Source: Escherichia coli (GTDB lineage Bacteria; Pseudomonadota; Gammaproteobacteria; Enterobacterales; Enterobacteriaceae). From it: DNA of 64,000 bases. The stretch lies in NCBI RefSeq assembly GCF_048403405.1, contig NZ_CP183129.1, one strand, 5' to 3'. The notes beneath the pieces are model-generated. The model did no database searches and was not told the origin of the DNA. It saw only the letters and a program-made list of their open reading frames with translations. A program made the translations under genes and the position numbers. Shown one piece after another: positions 48,457 to 62,324 of this stretch; within the stretch, counting starts at the first letter, position 1; each line of letters opens with the position of its first letter.

Positions 48457-51400
48457 GTGAGGCGATTGCCGGGGATATTACTGCTTACTGGAGCCGCGCT
48501 CGTTGTGATCGCTGCCCTGCTGGTTAGCGGCCTGCGTATTGCTTTACCGCATCTTGATGCCTGGCGTCCGGAAATCCTCAACAAAATAGAATCCGCGACT
48601 GGCATGCCGGTAGAAGCCAGTCAGCTCTCAGCCAGCTGGCAGAATTTTGGCCCGACGCTTGAAGCACACGACATCCGTGCAGAACTAAAGGATGGCGGCG
48701 AATTTTCGGTTAAACGCGTTACTCTTGCGCTAGATGTCTGGCAGAGCCTGTTACATATGCGCTGGCAGTTTCGCGACCTCACTTTCTGGCAGCTGCGCTT
48801 TCGCACCAACACTCCTATCACCAGCGGCGGTGGTAATGATAGCCTGGAAGCCAGTCACATCAGCGATCTGTTTCTTCGTCAGTTCGACCATTTTGATCTC
48901 CGCGACAGTGAAGTCAGTTTCCTGACGCCATCCGGTCAGCGCGCCGAGCTGGCGATCCCACAACTCACCTGGCTGAACGATCCACGTCGACACCGTGCAG
49001 AAGGCCTGGTAAGCCTCTCCAGCCTTACCGGACAGCACGGCGTGATGCAGGTGCGTATGGATTTGCGCGATGATGAGGGGTTGTTAAGCAATGGTCGCGT
49101 CTGGCTCCAGGCGGATGACATCGACCTGAAGCCGTGGCTCGGTAAATGGATGCAGGACAATATTGCGCTGGAAACGGCACAGTTCTCCCTTGAAGGCTGG
49201 ATGACGATCGACAAAGGCGATGTAACCGGTGGCGACGTCTGGCTGAAACAGGGCGGTGCCAGCTGGTTGGGCGAGAAGCAAACGCATACGCTGTCGGTGG
49301 ATAATCTGACCGCGCATATTACGCGTGAAAATCCGGGATGGCAGTTCTCTATTCCCGATACACGGATCACGATGGACGGCAAACCCTGGCCGAGCGGAGC
49401 ATTGACGCTGGCCTGGATACCGGAACAGGACGTTGGCGGCAAAGACAATAAACGCAGTGACGAACTCCGGATTCGCGCCAGTAATCTGGAGCTGGCAGGC
49501 CTGGAGGGCATACGCCCGCTGGCCGCGAAACTTTCACCTGCACTGGGTGATGTTTGGCGCTCCACACAACCGAGCGGCAAGATTAACACTCTGGCGCTGG
49601 ATATCCCGCTTCAGGCGGCAGACAAGACCCGTTTTCAGGCATCGTGGAGCGATCTGGCCTGGAAGCAATGGAAATTATTACCGGGTGCGGAACACTTCTC
49701 CGGGACGCTTTCCGGCAGCGTAGAAAATGGTTTGCTTACCGCGTCGATGAAACAGGCAAAGATGCCTTACGAAACGGTATTCCGTGCGCCACTGGAAATC
49801 GCCGACGGCCAGGCAACGATAAGCTGGCTGAACAATGACAAAGGTTTCCAGCTGGATGGGCGTAATATTGACGTTAAAGCCAAAGCAGTCCATGCGCGCG
49901 GCGGTTTTCGTTACCTGCAACCAGCTAACGATGAACCCTGGCTGGGTATTCTGGCTGGCATCAGTACCGATGATGGTTCACAAGCCTGGCGCTATTTCCC
50001 GGAAAACTTGATGGGTAAAGACCTGGTTGATTACTTAAGTGGCGCGATTCAGGGCGGTGTAGCGGATAACGCGACGCTGGTTTATGGTGGCAATCCGCAA
50101 CTCTTCCCCTATAAACACAACGAAGGTCAGTTTGAAGTGCTGGTGCCGCTGCGCAACGCGAAGTTTGCCTTCCAGCCGGACTGGCCTGCATTAACTAACC
50201 TTGATATTGAACTGGACTTTATTAACGACGGTTTATGGATGAAAACCGATGGCGTTAATCTGGGCGGCGTGCGCGCGAGTAATCTCACCGCAGTGATCCC
50301 TGACTACTCGAAAGAAAAACTGCTGATTGACGCTGACATTAAAGGTCCGGGTAAAGCCGTCGGCCCTTACTTTGATGAGACACCGCTGAAAGATTCTCTG
50401 GGTGCAACCCTGCAAGAACTCCAGCTCGACGGCGATGTGAATGCTCGCTTACATCTCGATATTCCGCTGAACGGCGAACTGGTAACCGCGAAAGGTGAAG
50501 TGACGCTGCGTAATAACAGTCTGTTTATCAAACCACTCGACAGCACCCTGAAAAATTTGAGCGGGAAATTCAGCTTTATTAATGGCGATCTGCAAAGTGA
50601 ACCACTGACAGCAAGCTGGTTTAATCAGCCGTTGAACGTGGATTTTTCCACCAAAGAAGGGGCAAAAGCCTACCAGGTTGCGGTGAATCTCAACGGTAAC
50701 TGGCAACCAGCGAAAACCGGCGTTTTGCCTGAAGCGGTGAACGAAGCATTAAGTGGCAGCGTGGCGTGGGATGGTAAAGTGGGCATTGATCTGCCTTATC
50801 ATGCTGGCGCGACCTATAACGTAGAGCTAAACGGCGATTTGAAGAATGTGAGCAGTCACTTACCTTCACCGTTAGCCAAACCTGCGGGTGAACCACTGCC
50901 GGTAAACGTTAAGGTTGATGGCAATCTCAACAGCTTTGAGTTAACCGGACAGGCTGGTGCAGATAACCATTTCAATAGTCGCTGGTTGCTTGGTCAAAAG
51001 CTGACGCTCGACCGTGCTATTTGGGCGGCAGACAGTAAAACGCTCCCGCCGTTGCCGGAACAAAGTGGCGTTGAACTCAATATGCCGCCGATGAATGGTG
51101 CCGAGTGGCTGGCCCTGTTCCAGAAAGGCGCGGCGGAGAGTGTCGGTGGTGCAGCGAGTTTCCCACAACACATAACGTTACGTACGCCTATGTTGTCGCT
51201 GGGAAATCAGCAATGGAATAACCTGAGCATTGTTTCGCAACCGACGGCAAATGGCACCCTGGTTGAGGCGCAAGGGCGTGAAATCAACGCCACGCTGGCG
51301 ATGCGTAATAACGCGCCGTGGCTGGCGAATATCAAATATCTTTATTACAACCCGAGCGTGGCGAAAACTCGTGGTGATTCAACACAGTCATCACCTTTCC

Positions 51401-52257
51401 CGACAACGGAGCGCATTAACTTCCGTGGCTGGCCGGACGCCCAAATACGATGCGCAGAGTGCTGGTTCTGGGGGCAAAAATTCGGGCGCATTGACAGTGA
51501 TATCACCATTTCTGGCAATACATTAACGCTGACTAATGGACTGATTGATACTGGTTTTTCGCGGCTCACTGCCGATGGTGAATGGGTTAACAATCCGGGA
51601 AATGAACGCACCTCGCTGAAAGGAAAACTGCGTGGGCAGAAAATTGATGCCGCCGCAGAATTTTTTGGTGTCACGACGCCCATACGCCAGTCGTCATTTA
51701 ATGTGGATTACGATTTACACTGGCGCAAAGCACCCTGGCAACCAGATGAGGCGACGTTGAATGGCATCATTCATACTCAACTGGGCAAAGGCGAAATTAC
51801 CGAAATCAATACCGGACATGCCGGGCAATTGCTGCGCTTATTGAGCGTTGATGCACTGATGCGTAAGCTGCGTTTTGATTTCAGAGACACTTTTGGCGAA
51901 GGGTTCTATTTTGACTCCATTCGCAGCACCGCGTGGATTAAAGACGGCGTTATGCACACTGACGACACGCTGGTGGATGGCCTGGAAGCGGATATCGCCA
52001 TGAAAGGGTCGGTAAATCTGGTGCGTCGCGACCTGAATATGGAAGCGGTTGTCGCACCAGAGATTTCTGCGACGGTGGGCGTGGCTGCGGCTTTTGCGGT
52101 TAACCCCATTGTTGGCGCGGCAGTGTTTGCAGCCAGTAAAGTGCTGGGGCCGCTGTGGAGCAAAGTCTCCATTTTGCGCTATCACATTTCGGGTCCGCTG
52201 GACGATCCGCAAATCAACGAAGTGTTGCGCCAACCGCGTAAAGAAAAAGCGCAATGA
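48457..52257 (+). CDS. yhdP: AsmA-like large envelope protein (inter-membrane phospholipid transport family)
   Basis: 1266 aa with N-terminal TM anchor MRRLPGILLLTGAALVVIAALLVSGL; synteny. Confidence 0.92.
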   Translation: MRRLPGILLLTGAALVVIAALLVSGLRIALPHLDAWRPEILNKIESATGMPVEASQLSASWQNFGPTLEAHDIRAELKDGGEFSVKRVTLALDVWQSLLHMRWQFRDLTFWQLRFRTNTPITSGGGNDSLEASHISDLFLRQFDHFDLRDSEVSFLTPSGQRAELAIPQLTWLNDPRRHRAEGLVSLSSLTGQHGVMQVRMDLRDDEGLLSNGRVWLQADDIDLKPWLGKWMQDNIALETAQFSLEGWMTIDKGDVTGGDVWLKQGGASWLGEKQTHTLSVDNLTAHITRENPGWQFSIPDTRITMDGKPWPSGALTLAWIPEQDVGGKDNKRSDELRIRASNLELAGLEGIRPLAAKLSPALGDVWRSTQPSGKINTLALDIPLQAADKTRFQASWSDLAWKQWKLLPGAEHFSGTLSGSVENGLLTASMKQAKMPYETVFRAPLEIADGQATISWLNNDKGFQLDGRNIDVKAKAVHARGGFRYLQPANDEPWLGILAGISTDDGSQAWRYFPENLMGKDLVDYLSGAIQGGVADNATLVYGGNPQLFPYKHNEGQFEVLVPLRNAKFAFQPDWPALTNLDIELDFINDGLWMKTDGVNLGGVRASNLTAVIPDYSKEKLLIDADIKGPGKAVGPYFDETPLKDSLGATLQELQLDGDVNARLHLDIPLNGELVTAKGEVTLRNNSLFIKPLDSTLKNLSGKFSFINGDLQSEPLTASWFNQPLNVDFSTKEGAKAYQVAVNLNGNWQPAKTGVLPEAVNEALSGSVAWDGKVGIDLPYHAGATYNVELNGDLKNVSSHLPSPLAKPAGEPLPVNVKVDGNLNSFELTGQAGADNHFNSRWLLGQKLTLDRAIWAADSKTLPPLPEQSGVELNMPPMNGAEWLALFQKGAAESVGGAASFPQHITLRTPMLSLGNQQWNNLSIVSQPTANGTLVEAQGREINATLAMRNNAPWLANIKYLYYNPSVAKTRGDSTQSSPFPTTERINFRGWPDAQIRCAECWFWGQKFGRIDSDITISGNTLTLTNGLIDTGFSRLTADGEWVNNPGNERTSLKGKLRGQKIDAAAEFFGVTTPIRQSSFNVDYDLHWRKAPWQPDEATLNGIIHTQLGKGEITEINTGHAGQLLRLLSVDALMRKLRFDFRDTFGEGFYFDSIRSTAWIKDGVMHTDDTLVDGLEADIAMKGSVNLVRRDLNMEAVVAPEISATVGVAAAFAVNPIVGAAVFAASKVLGPLWSKVSILRYHISGPLDDPQINEVLRQPRKEKAQ

Positions 52258-52335
52258 TTTGACGAGGGCGCGTAATTGCCCCAATCTCATATGATAATCG
52301 TTGCCAAAGGCCAACGAGCCGGAACATAACCGTAG

Positions 52336-52365
52336 GCCGGATAGGGCGTTCACGCCGCATCCGGC
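52336..52365. repeat. REP (repetitive extragenic palindromic) element between yhdP and tldD
   Basis: gccggatagggcgttcacgccgcatccggc fits the REP consensus. Confidence 0.75.
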
Positions 52366-52397
52366 AGCCGTAAAAAATCCTCTACTGCAGTAACTAA

Positions 52398-53858
<1,461 letters not shown>

Positions 53859-53984
53859 TAATTTCAGTATTTTCAGAAGGATAATTAATCCTTCTACGTG
53901 CACGAACGGTCCCCTCCCCCTCTGGGGTTAGGGTGAGGGGAACCCATTGGCACAGGTTTGTACAACGTAACAGTACAATATGAA

Positions 53985-54914
53985 TTACTTCTCTTTCCCG
54001 CGCCCGTGCATTTCCTGAAACAATTTACCGACCTCAACAAAATAATCCGTCAGTGAGTTGATCACGACCTGTACCTTCAGCGGCAGCTTATCTTTTTCGG
54101 TATACAACGCATAAACCGGGCGTGGATCTGACTGGTAACGCGGCAGCAGGATCTCCAGCTCCCCGCGATTGATCTCGTTGATCACCCACATCAGCGGCAC
54201 ATAGGCGATCCCAGCGCCTGCAGTCAGCCAGCGCACCAGCGTCATCGGATCATTAGTCACAAATCTCCCTTGCGGGATCAGGCGAGTCGAGATCCCTTCC
54301 GGTGCGATCAGTTCAAATTCATTGTCGGGTCGCACGCTGTATTCAAGCCATGAATGACTACTTAAATCGGCGGGTTTTTCCGGTATGCCGTATTGTGTGA
54401 GATAGCTTTTCGCGGCGCACACCACCATTGGCATCGCGCCCAGACGGCGGGAAAACAGGCTGGAATCCTGCAACGCGCCGACGCGGATCACCACATCCAG
54501 ACCGTCGGCAATCAGGTCGGGGGCAGGAATTCCGGTAACCAGATTGACGCTCAAACCTGGGTATTCTTTCAGCATTTTTGCTGTCAGCCCGGCGAGAACA
54601 TTTTGTGCCATAGTTGAAGAACAGCCAATGCGCAGCGTCCCGATGGGGGTGTTATTGAAAGCATACAGTTGCTCATGAACATCCTGCACTTCATGAAGCA
54701 TCCGACGGCAGCCCTGGTAGTAAATTCTACCGGCTTCGGTCAGGCCAATGCTGCGTGTGCTACGGTTTAACAGCTTTACCTGCAACTCATCTTCCAGTTT
54801 TGACACCGTCTGACTGATGGACGAAACGCTCATCTGTAGCTGTCTGGCGGCGGCGGTAAAAGAGCCAAATTCAACTACTTTGGCAAACACCGACATGCGT
54901 TTTAGTCGTTCCAT
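53985..54914 (-). CDS. aaeR: LysR-family transcriptional activator of aaeXAB
   Basis: 309 aa; N-terminal LysR HTH (FTAAARQLQMSVSSISQTVSKLEDEL); divergent from aaeX. Confidence 0.93.
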   Translation of the reverse strand: MERLKRMSVFAKVVEFGSFTAAARQLQMSVSSISQTVSKLEDELQVKLLNRSTRSIGLTEAGRIYYQGCRRMLHEVQDVHEQLYAFNNTPIGTLRIGCSSTMAQNVLAGLTAKMLKEYPGLSVNLVTGIPAPDLIADGLDVVIRVGALQDSSLFSRRLGAMPMVVCAAKSYLTQYGIPEKPADLSSHSWLEYSVRPDNEFELIAPEGISTRLIPQGRFVTNDPMTLVRWLTAGAGIAYVPLMWVINEINRGELEILLPRYQSDPRPVYALYTEKDKLPLKVQVVINSLTDYFVEVGKLFQEMHGRGKEK

Positions 54915-55096
54915 TATTCACTCTGACTTAAAAGTGATTTAGATCACATAATATAGATAACAGCATAACAGTTACGCTAATATATTAAATATCAATCTAC
55001 AGCAATGTTGCTCTCGCCCGGCTTTCCATGCCCTTCTCTGCGGCGACAGATGCTGAAAATAATAACGCCTGCTCTCTCTATACAACCAAGGTCAAC

Positions 55097-55300
55097 ATGA
55101 GTCTGTTTCCCGTTATCGTGGTGTTTGGGCTGTCCTTCCCACCGATATTTTTTGAATTGCTTTTATCACTGGCGATTTTCTGGCTGGTGCGCCGGGTACT
55201 TGTGCCAACAGGTATCTACGACTTTGTCTGGCATCCGGCGTTGTTCAACACCGCGCTCTATTGCTGCTTGTTTTATTTGATATCGCGACTGTTCGTTTGA
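55097..55300 (+). CDS. aaeX: Small membrane protein AaeX
   Basis: 67 aa from [23 protein letters not shown]; the track ORF has an N-terminal extension. Confidence 0.85.
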
Positions 55301-55307
55301 GGTTGAA

Positions 55308-56240
55308 GTGAAAACACTAATAAGAAAATTCTCCCGTACGGCCATCACGGTCGTATTAGTCATTCTGGCCTTCATCGCAATTTTTAATGCCTGGGTCTAT
55401 TACACCGAATCCCCGTGGACGCGTGACGCGCGCTTTAGCGCTGACGTCGTTGCGATCGCGCCGGACGTTTCTGGACTTATCACCCAGGTGAATGTTCATG
55501 ATAACCAGCTGGTGAAAAAAGGACAGGTACTGTTCACCATCGACCAGCCGCGCTATCAAAAGGCGCTTGAGGAAGCGCAAGCCGATGTTGCTTATTATCA
55601 GGTACTGGCACAGGAGAAACGCCAGGAGGCCGGACGTCGTAACCGTCTCGGTGTGCAGGCGATGTCTCGCGAAGAGATCGATCAGGCCAACAACGTACTA
55701 CAAACGGTTCTGCATCAGTTAGCGAAAGCGCAGGCGACCCGCGATCTGGCAAAACTGGATCTTGAACGCACGGTGATCCGCGCGCCAGCAGATGGCTGGG
55801 TGACCAACCTCAACGTCTATACCGGTGAGTTTATTACCCGTGGATCAACGGCGGTTGCGCTGGTGAAACAGAACTCCTTCTATGTACTGGCCTATATGGA
55901 AGAAACTAAGCTGGAAGGGGTGCGCCCTGGGTATCGTGCAGAGATCACGCCGCTTGGCAGTAACAAAGTGCTGAAAGGGACTGTTGATAGTGTTGCCGCT
56001 GGGGTCACCAACGCCAGCAGCACGCGTGACGACAAAGGGATGGCGACCATCGACTCTAACCTTGAATGGGTGCGTTTGGCGCAACGTGTTCCGGTTCGTA
56101 TTCGTCTCGACAACCAGCAAGAGAACATCTGGCCTGCGGGCACCACTGCTACAGTGGTGGTCACTGGCAAACAAGATCGCGACGAAAGCCAGGATTCGTT
56201 CTTCCGTAAAATGGCCCATCGCCTGCGTGAGTTTGGTTAA
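55308..56240 (+). CDS. aaeA: p-Hydroxybenzoic acid efflux pump periplasmic adaptor subunit
   Basis: 310 aa membrane-fusion protein with N-terminal anchor. Confidence 0.93.
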
Positions 56241-56245
56241 TCACG

Positions 56246-58213
56246 ATGGGTATTTTCTCCATTGCTAACCAACATATTCGCTTTGCGGTAAAACTGGCGA
56301 CCGCCATTGTACTGGCGCTGTTTGTTGGCTTTCACTTCCAGCTGGAAACGCCACGCTGGGCGGTACTGACAGCGGCGATTGTTGCCGCCGGTCCGGCCTT
56401 TGCTGCGGGAGGTGAACCGTATTCTGGCGCTATTCGCTATCGTGGCTTTTTGCGCATCATCGGCACATTTATTGGCTGTATTGCCGGACTGGTGATCATT
56501 ATTGCGATGATCCGTGCACCATTATTGATGATTCTGGTGTGCTGTATCTGGGCCGGTTTTTGTACCTGGATATCCTCGCTGGTACGAATAGAAAACTCGT
56601 ATGCGTGGGGGCTGGCCGGTTATACCGCGCTGATCATTGTGATCACCATTCAGCCGGAACCATTGCTTACGCCGCAGTTTGCCGTCGAACGTTGTAGCGA
56701 GATCGTTATCGGTATTGTGTGTGCCATTATGGCGGATTTGCTCTTTTCTCCGCGATCGATCAAACAAGAAGTGGATCGAGAGCTGGAAAGTTTGCTGGTC
56801 GCGCAATATCAATTAATGCAACTCTGTATCAAGCATGGCGATGGTGAAGTTGTCGATAAAGCCTGGGGCGATCTGGTGCGACGCACCACGGCGTTACAAG
56901 GTATGCGCAGCAACCTGAATATGGAATCTTCCCGCTGGGCGCGGGCCAATCGACGTTTAAAAGCGATTAATACGCTATCGCTGACGCTGATTACACAATC
57001 CTGCGAAACTTATCTTATTCAGAATACGCGCCCGGAATTGATCACTGATACTTTCCGCGAATTTTTTGACACGCCGGTAGAAACCGCGCAGGACGTCCAC
57101 AAGCAGCTCAAACGCCTGCGGAGAGTTATCGCCTGGACTGGGGAACGGGAAACGCCTGTCACCATTTATAGCTGGGTCGCGGCGGCAACGCGTTATCAGC
57201 TTCTCAAGCGCGGCGTTATCAGTAACACAAAAATCAACGCCACCGAAGAAGAGATCCTGCAAGGCGAACCGGAAGTCAAAGTAGAGTCAGCCGAACGTCA
57301 TCATGCGATGGTTAACTTCTGGCGAACCACACTTTCCTGCATTCTGGGGACGCTTTTCTGGCTGTGGACGGGCTGGACTTCCGGCAGTGGTGCAATGGTG
57401 ATGATTGCGGTAGTGACGTCACTGGCAATGCGTTTGCCGAATCCACGCATGGTGGCGATCGACTTTATCTACGGGACGCTGGCAGCGCTGCCGTTAGGGC
57501 TGCTCTACTTTTTGGTGATTATCCCTAATACTCAACAGAGCATGTTGCTGCTGTGTATTAGCCTGGCAGTGCTGGGATTCTTCCTCGGTATAGAAGTACA
57601 GAAACGGCGACTGGGCTCGATGGGGGCGCTGGCCAGCACCATAAATATTATCGTGCTGGATAACCCGATGACTTTCCATTTCAGTCAGTTTCTCGACAGC
57701 GCATTAGGGCAAATCGTCGGCTGTGTGCTCGCGTTCACCGTTATTTTGCTGGTGCGGGATAAATCGCGCGACAGGACTGGACGTGTACTGCTTAATCAGT
57801 TCGTTTCTGCTGCTGTTTCCGCGATGACTACCAATGTGGCACGTCGTAAAGAGAACCACCTCCCGGCACTTTATCAGCAGCTGTTTTTGCTGATGAATAA
57901 GTTCCCAGGGGATTTGCCGAAATTTCGCCTGGCGCTGACGATGATTATCGCGCACCAGCGCCTGCGTGATGCGCCGATCCCGGTTAACGAGGATTTATCG
58001 GCGTTTCACCGACAAATGCGCCGCACAGCAGACCATGTGATATCTGCCCGTAGCGATGATAAACGTCGTCGGTACTTTGGCCAGTTGCTGGAAGAACTTG
58101 AAATCTACCAGGAAAAGCTACGCATCTGGCAAGCGCCACCGCAGGTGACGGAACCGGTTCATCGGCTGGCGGGGATGCTCCATAAGTATCAACATGCGTT
58201 GACCGATAGTTAA
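56246..58213 (+). CDS. aaeB: p-Hydroxybenzoic acid efflux pump inner-membrane subunit
   Basis: 655 aa polytopic membrane protein. Confidence 0.93.
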
Positions 58214-58304
58214 GTCAAAACCGACGCCAAAAGCGTCGGTTTTTTCATGGCTATACTTAGCGATGAACGGCAGAACTCGCCGCGAAACGTGACGGTGGCA
58301 ACAG

Positions 58305-58577
58305 ATGAATATTTATACCTTTGATTTTGATGAGATTGAGAGTCAGGAGGATTTTTATCGCGACTTCAGCCAAGCCTTTGGTCTGGCGAAAGATAAGGTA
58401 CGCGATCTCGACTCACTATGGGATGTGTTAATGAACGATGTCCTGCCGCTACCACTTGAGATTGAATTTGTTCATCTGGGAGAGAAAACGCGTCGCCGTT
58501 TTGGCGCGTTAATATTGCTGTTTGATGAGGCAGAGGAAGAGTTGGAAGGGCATTTGCGTTTTAATGTTCGTCATTAG
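58305..58577 (+). CDS. yhcO: Barstar-like ribonuclease inhibitor family protein
   Basis: 90 aa [27 protein letters not shown]... barstar-like. Confidence 0.85.
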   Translation: MNIYTFDFDEIESQEDFYRDFSQAFGLAKDKVRDLDSLWDVLMNDVLPLPLEIEFVHLGEKTRRRFGALILLFDEAEEELEGHLRFNVRH

Positions 58578-58632
58578 CGCAAAAAAAAGCCCCCGAACCG
58601 AGGGCAATATCGTCGGACAAGACGATGAGGGT

Positions 58633-58896
58633 TTATTTGTACAGTTCAGCCGTAGCGTGCCAGGTGTCACCGCTACGAGCTTCCGTAATCTGGTAGGCCG
58701 TTGCGCCTTTCTCTTCTGCTTTTTTGTTCAGCATTTCACGCATATCCATTGGCGAAGACGCCACACCACTTACGGATACGGTCCCGATTGCTTCACGATT
58801 TTGTGCTTGTGCAGCATCAATGGAGTCGGCAGCGAATGCACCGAAAGATAGAACAGAAAGTACGCTTAATGCAGCAACAGTGGTTTTGATTTTCAT
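58633..58896 (-). CDS. yhcN: Periplasmic stress-response protein of the YhcN/YdgH family
   Basis: 87 aa from MKIKTTVAALSVLSVLSFGAFA (signal peptide). Confidence 0.85.
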   Translation of the reverse strand: MKIKTTVAALSVLSVLSFGAFAADSIDAAQAQNREAIGTVSVSGVASSPMDMREMLNKKAEEKGATAYQITEARSGDTWHATAELYK

Positions 58897-59261
58897 GATT
58901 TTTACCTCGACATAATCTTTTAGCTGGGCCTTTGTTTCGTGACCCATATCACAAAATCAAGTATACACTAATTATTGAACTAATTAATACCACGCTAACT
59001 GTTTCAGTTGATACTAAGTGTTAAAAATGTGAATTTTAATAACAAAAAAGAATTAAAAACACGGTTATTTATTTTTAATTCTAGTATTTTCAATTAGATA
59101 ATGAATTTTGCATAATGTGCTTTTTTTATCGTATGTATTCATTGTGTGAATGACATGTCGCAGTAAAACGCACTATTCGTTAAATTAATCGCAGGGGAAA
59201 GCAGGGGGGTTGAGAGGGATAAGCAACATTTTCCCCGCCGCCAGAAGCGACGGGGCAGAGA

Positions 59262-59735
<474 letters not shown>

Positions 59736-59763
59736 TCACCCGATATGGTGGTTGATACAACAT

Positions 59764-59795
59764 TATTGTGCATACAGATGAATTTTTATGCAAAC
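59764..59795. promoter_or_regulatory. Candidate ARG-box operator in the argR promoter (autoregulation)
   Basis: tgtgcatacagatgaatttttatgca resembles the ARG-box consensus TNTGAATWWWWATTCANW; immediately upstream of argR. Confidence 0.5.
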
Positions 59796-60091
59796 AGTCA
59801 GCCCTGAAGAAGGCTGAAATAATGTTATGAAAGAGCGGGATTTTATCAAATTTCGTTATTGAGAAACATGCCTGCGTCACGGCATGCAAATTCTGCTTAA
59901 AAGTAAATTAATTGTTATCAAATTGATGTTGTTTTGGCTGAACGGTAGGGTATATTGTCACCACCTGTTGGAATGTTGCGCTAATGCATAAGCGACTGTT
60001 AATTACGTAAGTTAGGTTCCTGATTACGGCAATTAAATGCATAAACGCTAAACTTGCGTGACTACACATTCTTGAGATGTGGTCATTGTAA

Positions 60092-61105
<1,014 letters not shown>

Positions 61106-61167
61106 TTGATTAGCGGATAATAAAAAACCGGAGCGCAGACTCCGGTTTTTTGTTTTGAGCGCACGAC

Positions 61168-62235
61168 TTAATTGGTTGCCGGATATTCCTGAATGGTGAC
61201 CTGCAGCGTTAACTGCTTATCATCACGCATCACTACAACCGGGATCACCGAGCCAGGGCGAATTTCCGCCACCTGATCCATCGTCTCCAGAGCAGAGATG
61301 GCCGGTTTGTTATCCACCGAAATAATCAAATCGTTGACCTGAATACCCGCATTCGCCGCCGGGCCGTCAGGTGACACTTCATTAACCACGATCCCTTGCA
61401 GTTGATCTATACCACCGCCCTGCGCGTGCAGTGGTGCGATCTCACGTCCGCCGATACCAATGTAGCCGCGGATCACGCGACCATCGCGGATCAGTTTATC
61501 CATAATTTTGGTTGCTAACTGGAAAGGAATCGCAAAGCCGATACCTTCCGGCGTTTCGCCATCGTTACTCTTATCAAACGACAGCGTGTTAATGCCCATC
61601 AGTTCGCCCAGCGAGTTCACCAGCGCGCCGCCAGAGTTACCGTGGTTAATGGAAGCATCGGTTTGCAGGAAGTTTTGCCGCCCGGTCGGGTTCAGACCGA
61701 TTCGACCCGTGGCACTAATAATCCCCTGGGTAATGGTCTGCCCGAGGTTGTACGGGTTACCGATCGCTAGTACCACGTCGCCAATGTGCGGTACGCGACG
61801 TGCATTGATTGGAATGGTAGGTAAACCGCCAGTGGCATTAATTTTAAGTACCGCCAGATCGGTTAGAGAGTCAGATCCCACCAGCAATGCTTCAAATACA
61901 CGCCCATCCTGTAAGGCGACGATGATCTGATCGGCGTCGTTGATGACGTGTTTATTGGTGATGATATAACCGCGTTGATCCATGATTACACCGGATCCCA
62001 GGGTGCGGATCTCAAGCTGGTTGTGAGAGTTGGTGTTCAAACCACGGTTGTAAACGTTAACCACCGCTGGTGCGGCGCGGCGAACCGCCAGATTATAGCT
62101 GGCAGGCGTCTCATCGGTACTGTCAAATTGCGGAGTGGAAAGCGGGTTAAGGCTGCGCAGCGAAGGCATGGCAACCAGCAGAATAGCGCCGACAATTAAT
62201 CCAATCGCAACGGAACGTAAGAGCTTCACAAACAT
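61168..62235 (-). CDS. degS: Periplasmic serine endoprotease DegS (sigma-E activating)
   Basis: 355 aa; N-terminal TM anchor, trypsin-like domain (GNSGGALVN), single C-terminal PDZ. Confidence 0.95.
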   Translation of the reverse strand: MFVKLLRSVAIGLIVGAILLVAMPSLRSLNPLSTPQFDSTDETPASYNLAVRRAAPAVVNVYNRGLNTNSHNQLEIRTLGSGVIMDQRGYIITNKHVINDADQIIVALQDGRVFEALLVGSDSLTDLAVLKINATGGLPTIPINARRVPHIGDVVLAIGNPYNLGQTITQGIISATGRIGLNPTGRQNFLQTDASINHGNSGGALVNSLGELMGINTLSFDKSNDGETPEGIGFAIPFQLATKIMDKLIRDGRVIRGYIGIGGREIAPLHAQGGGIDQLQGIVVNEVSPDGPAANAGIQVNDLIISVDNKPAISALETMDQVAEIRPGSVIPVVVMRDDKQLTLQVTIQEYPATN

Positions 62236-62324
62236 GATGGAGGCGTCATTAAAAAAGGGAACGGCAGCAGCATACCACGAGTTAACCGGACATCACACGT
62301 CAGCCTGATGCCCGGTTTACGACA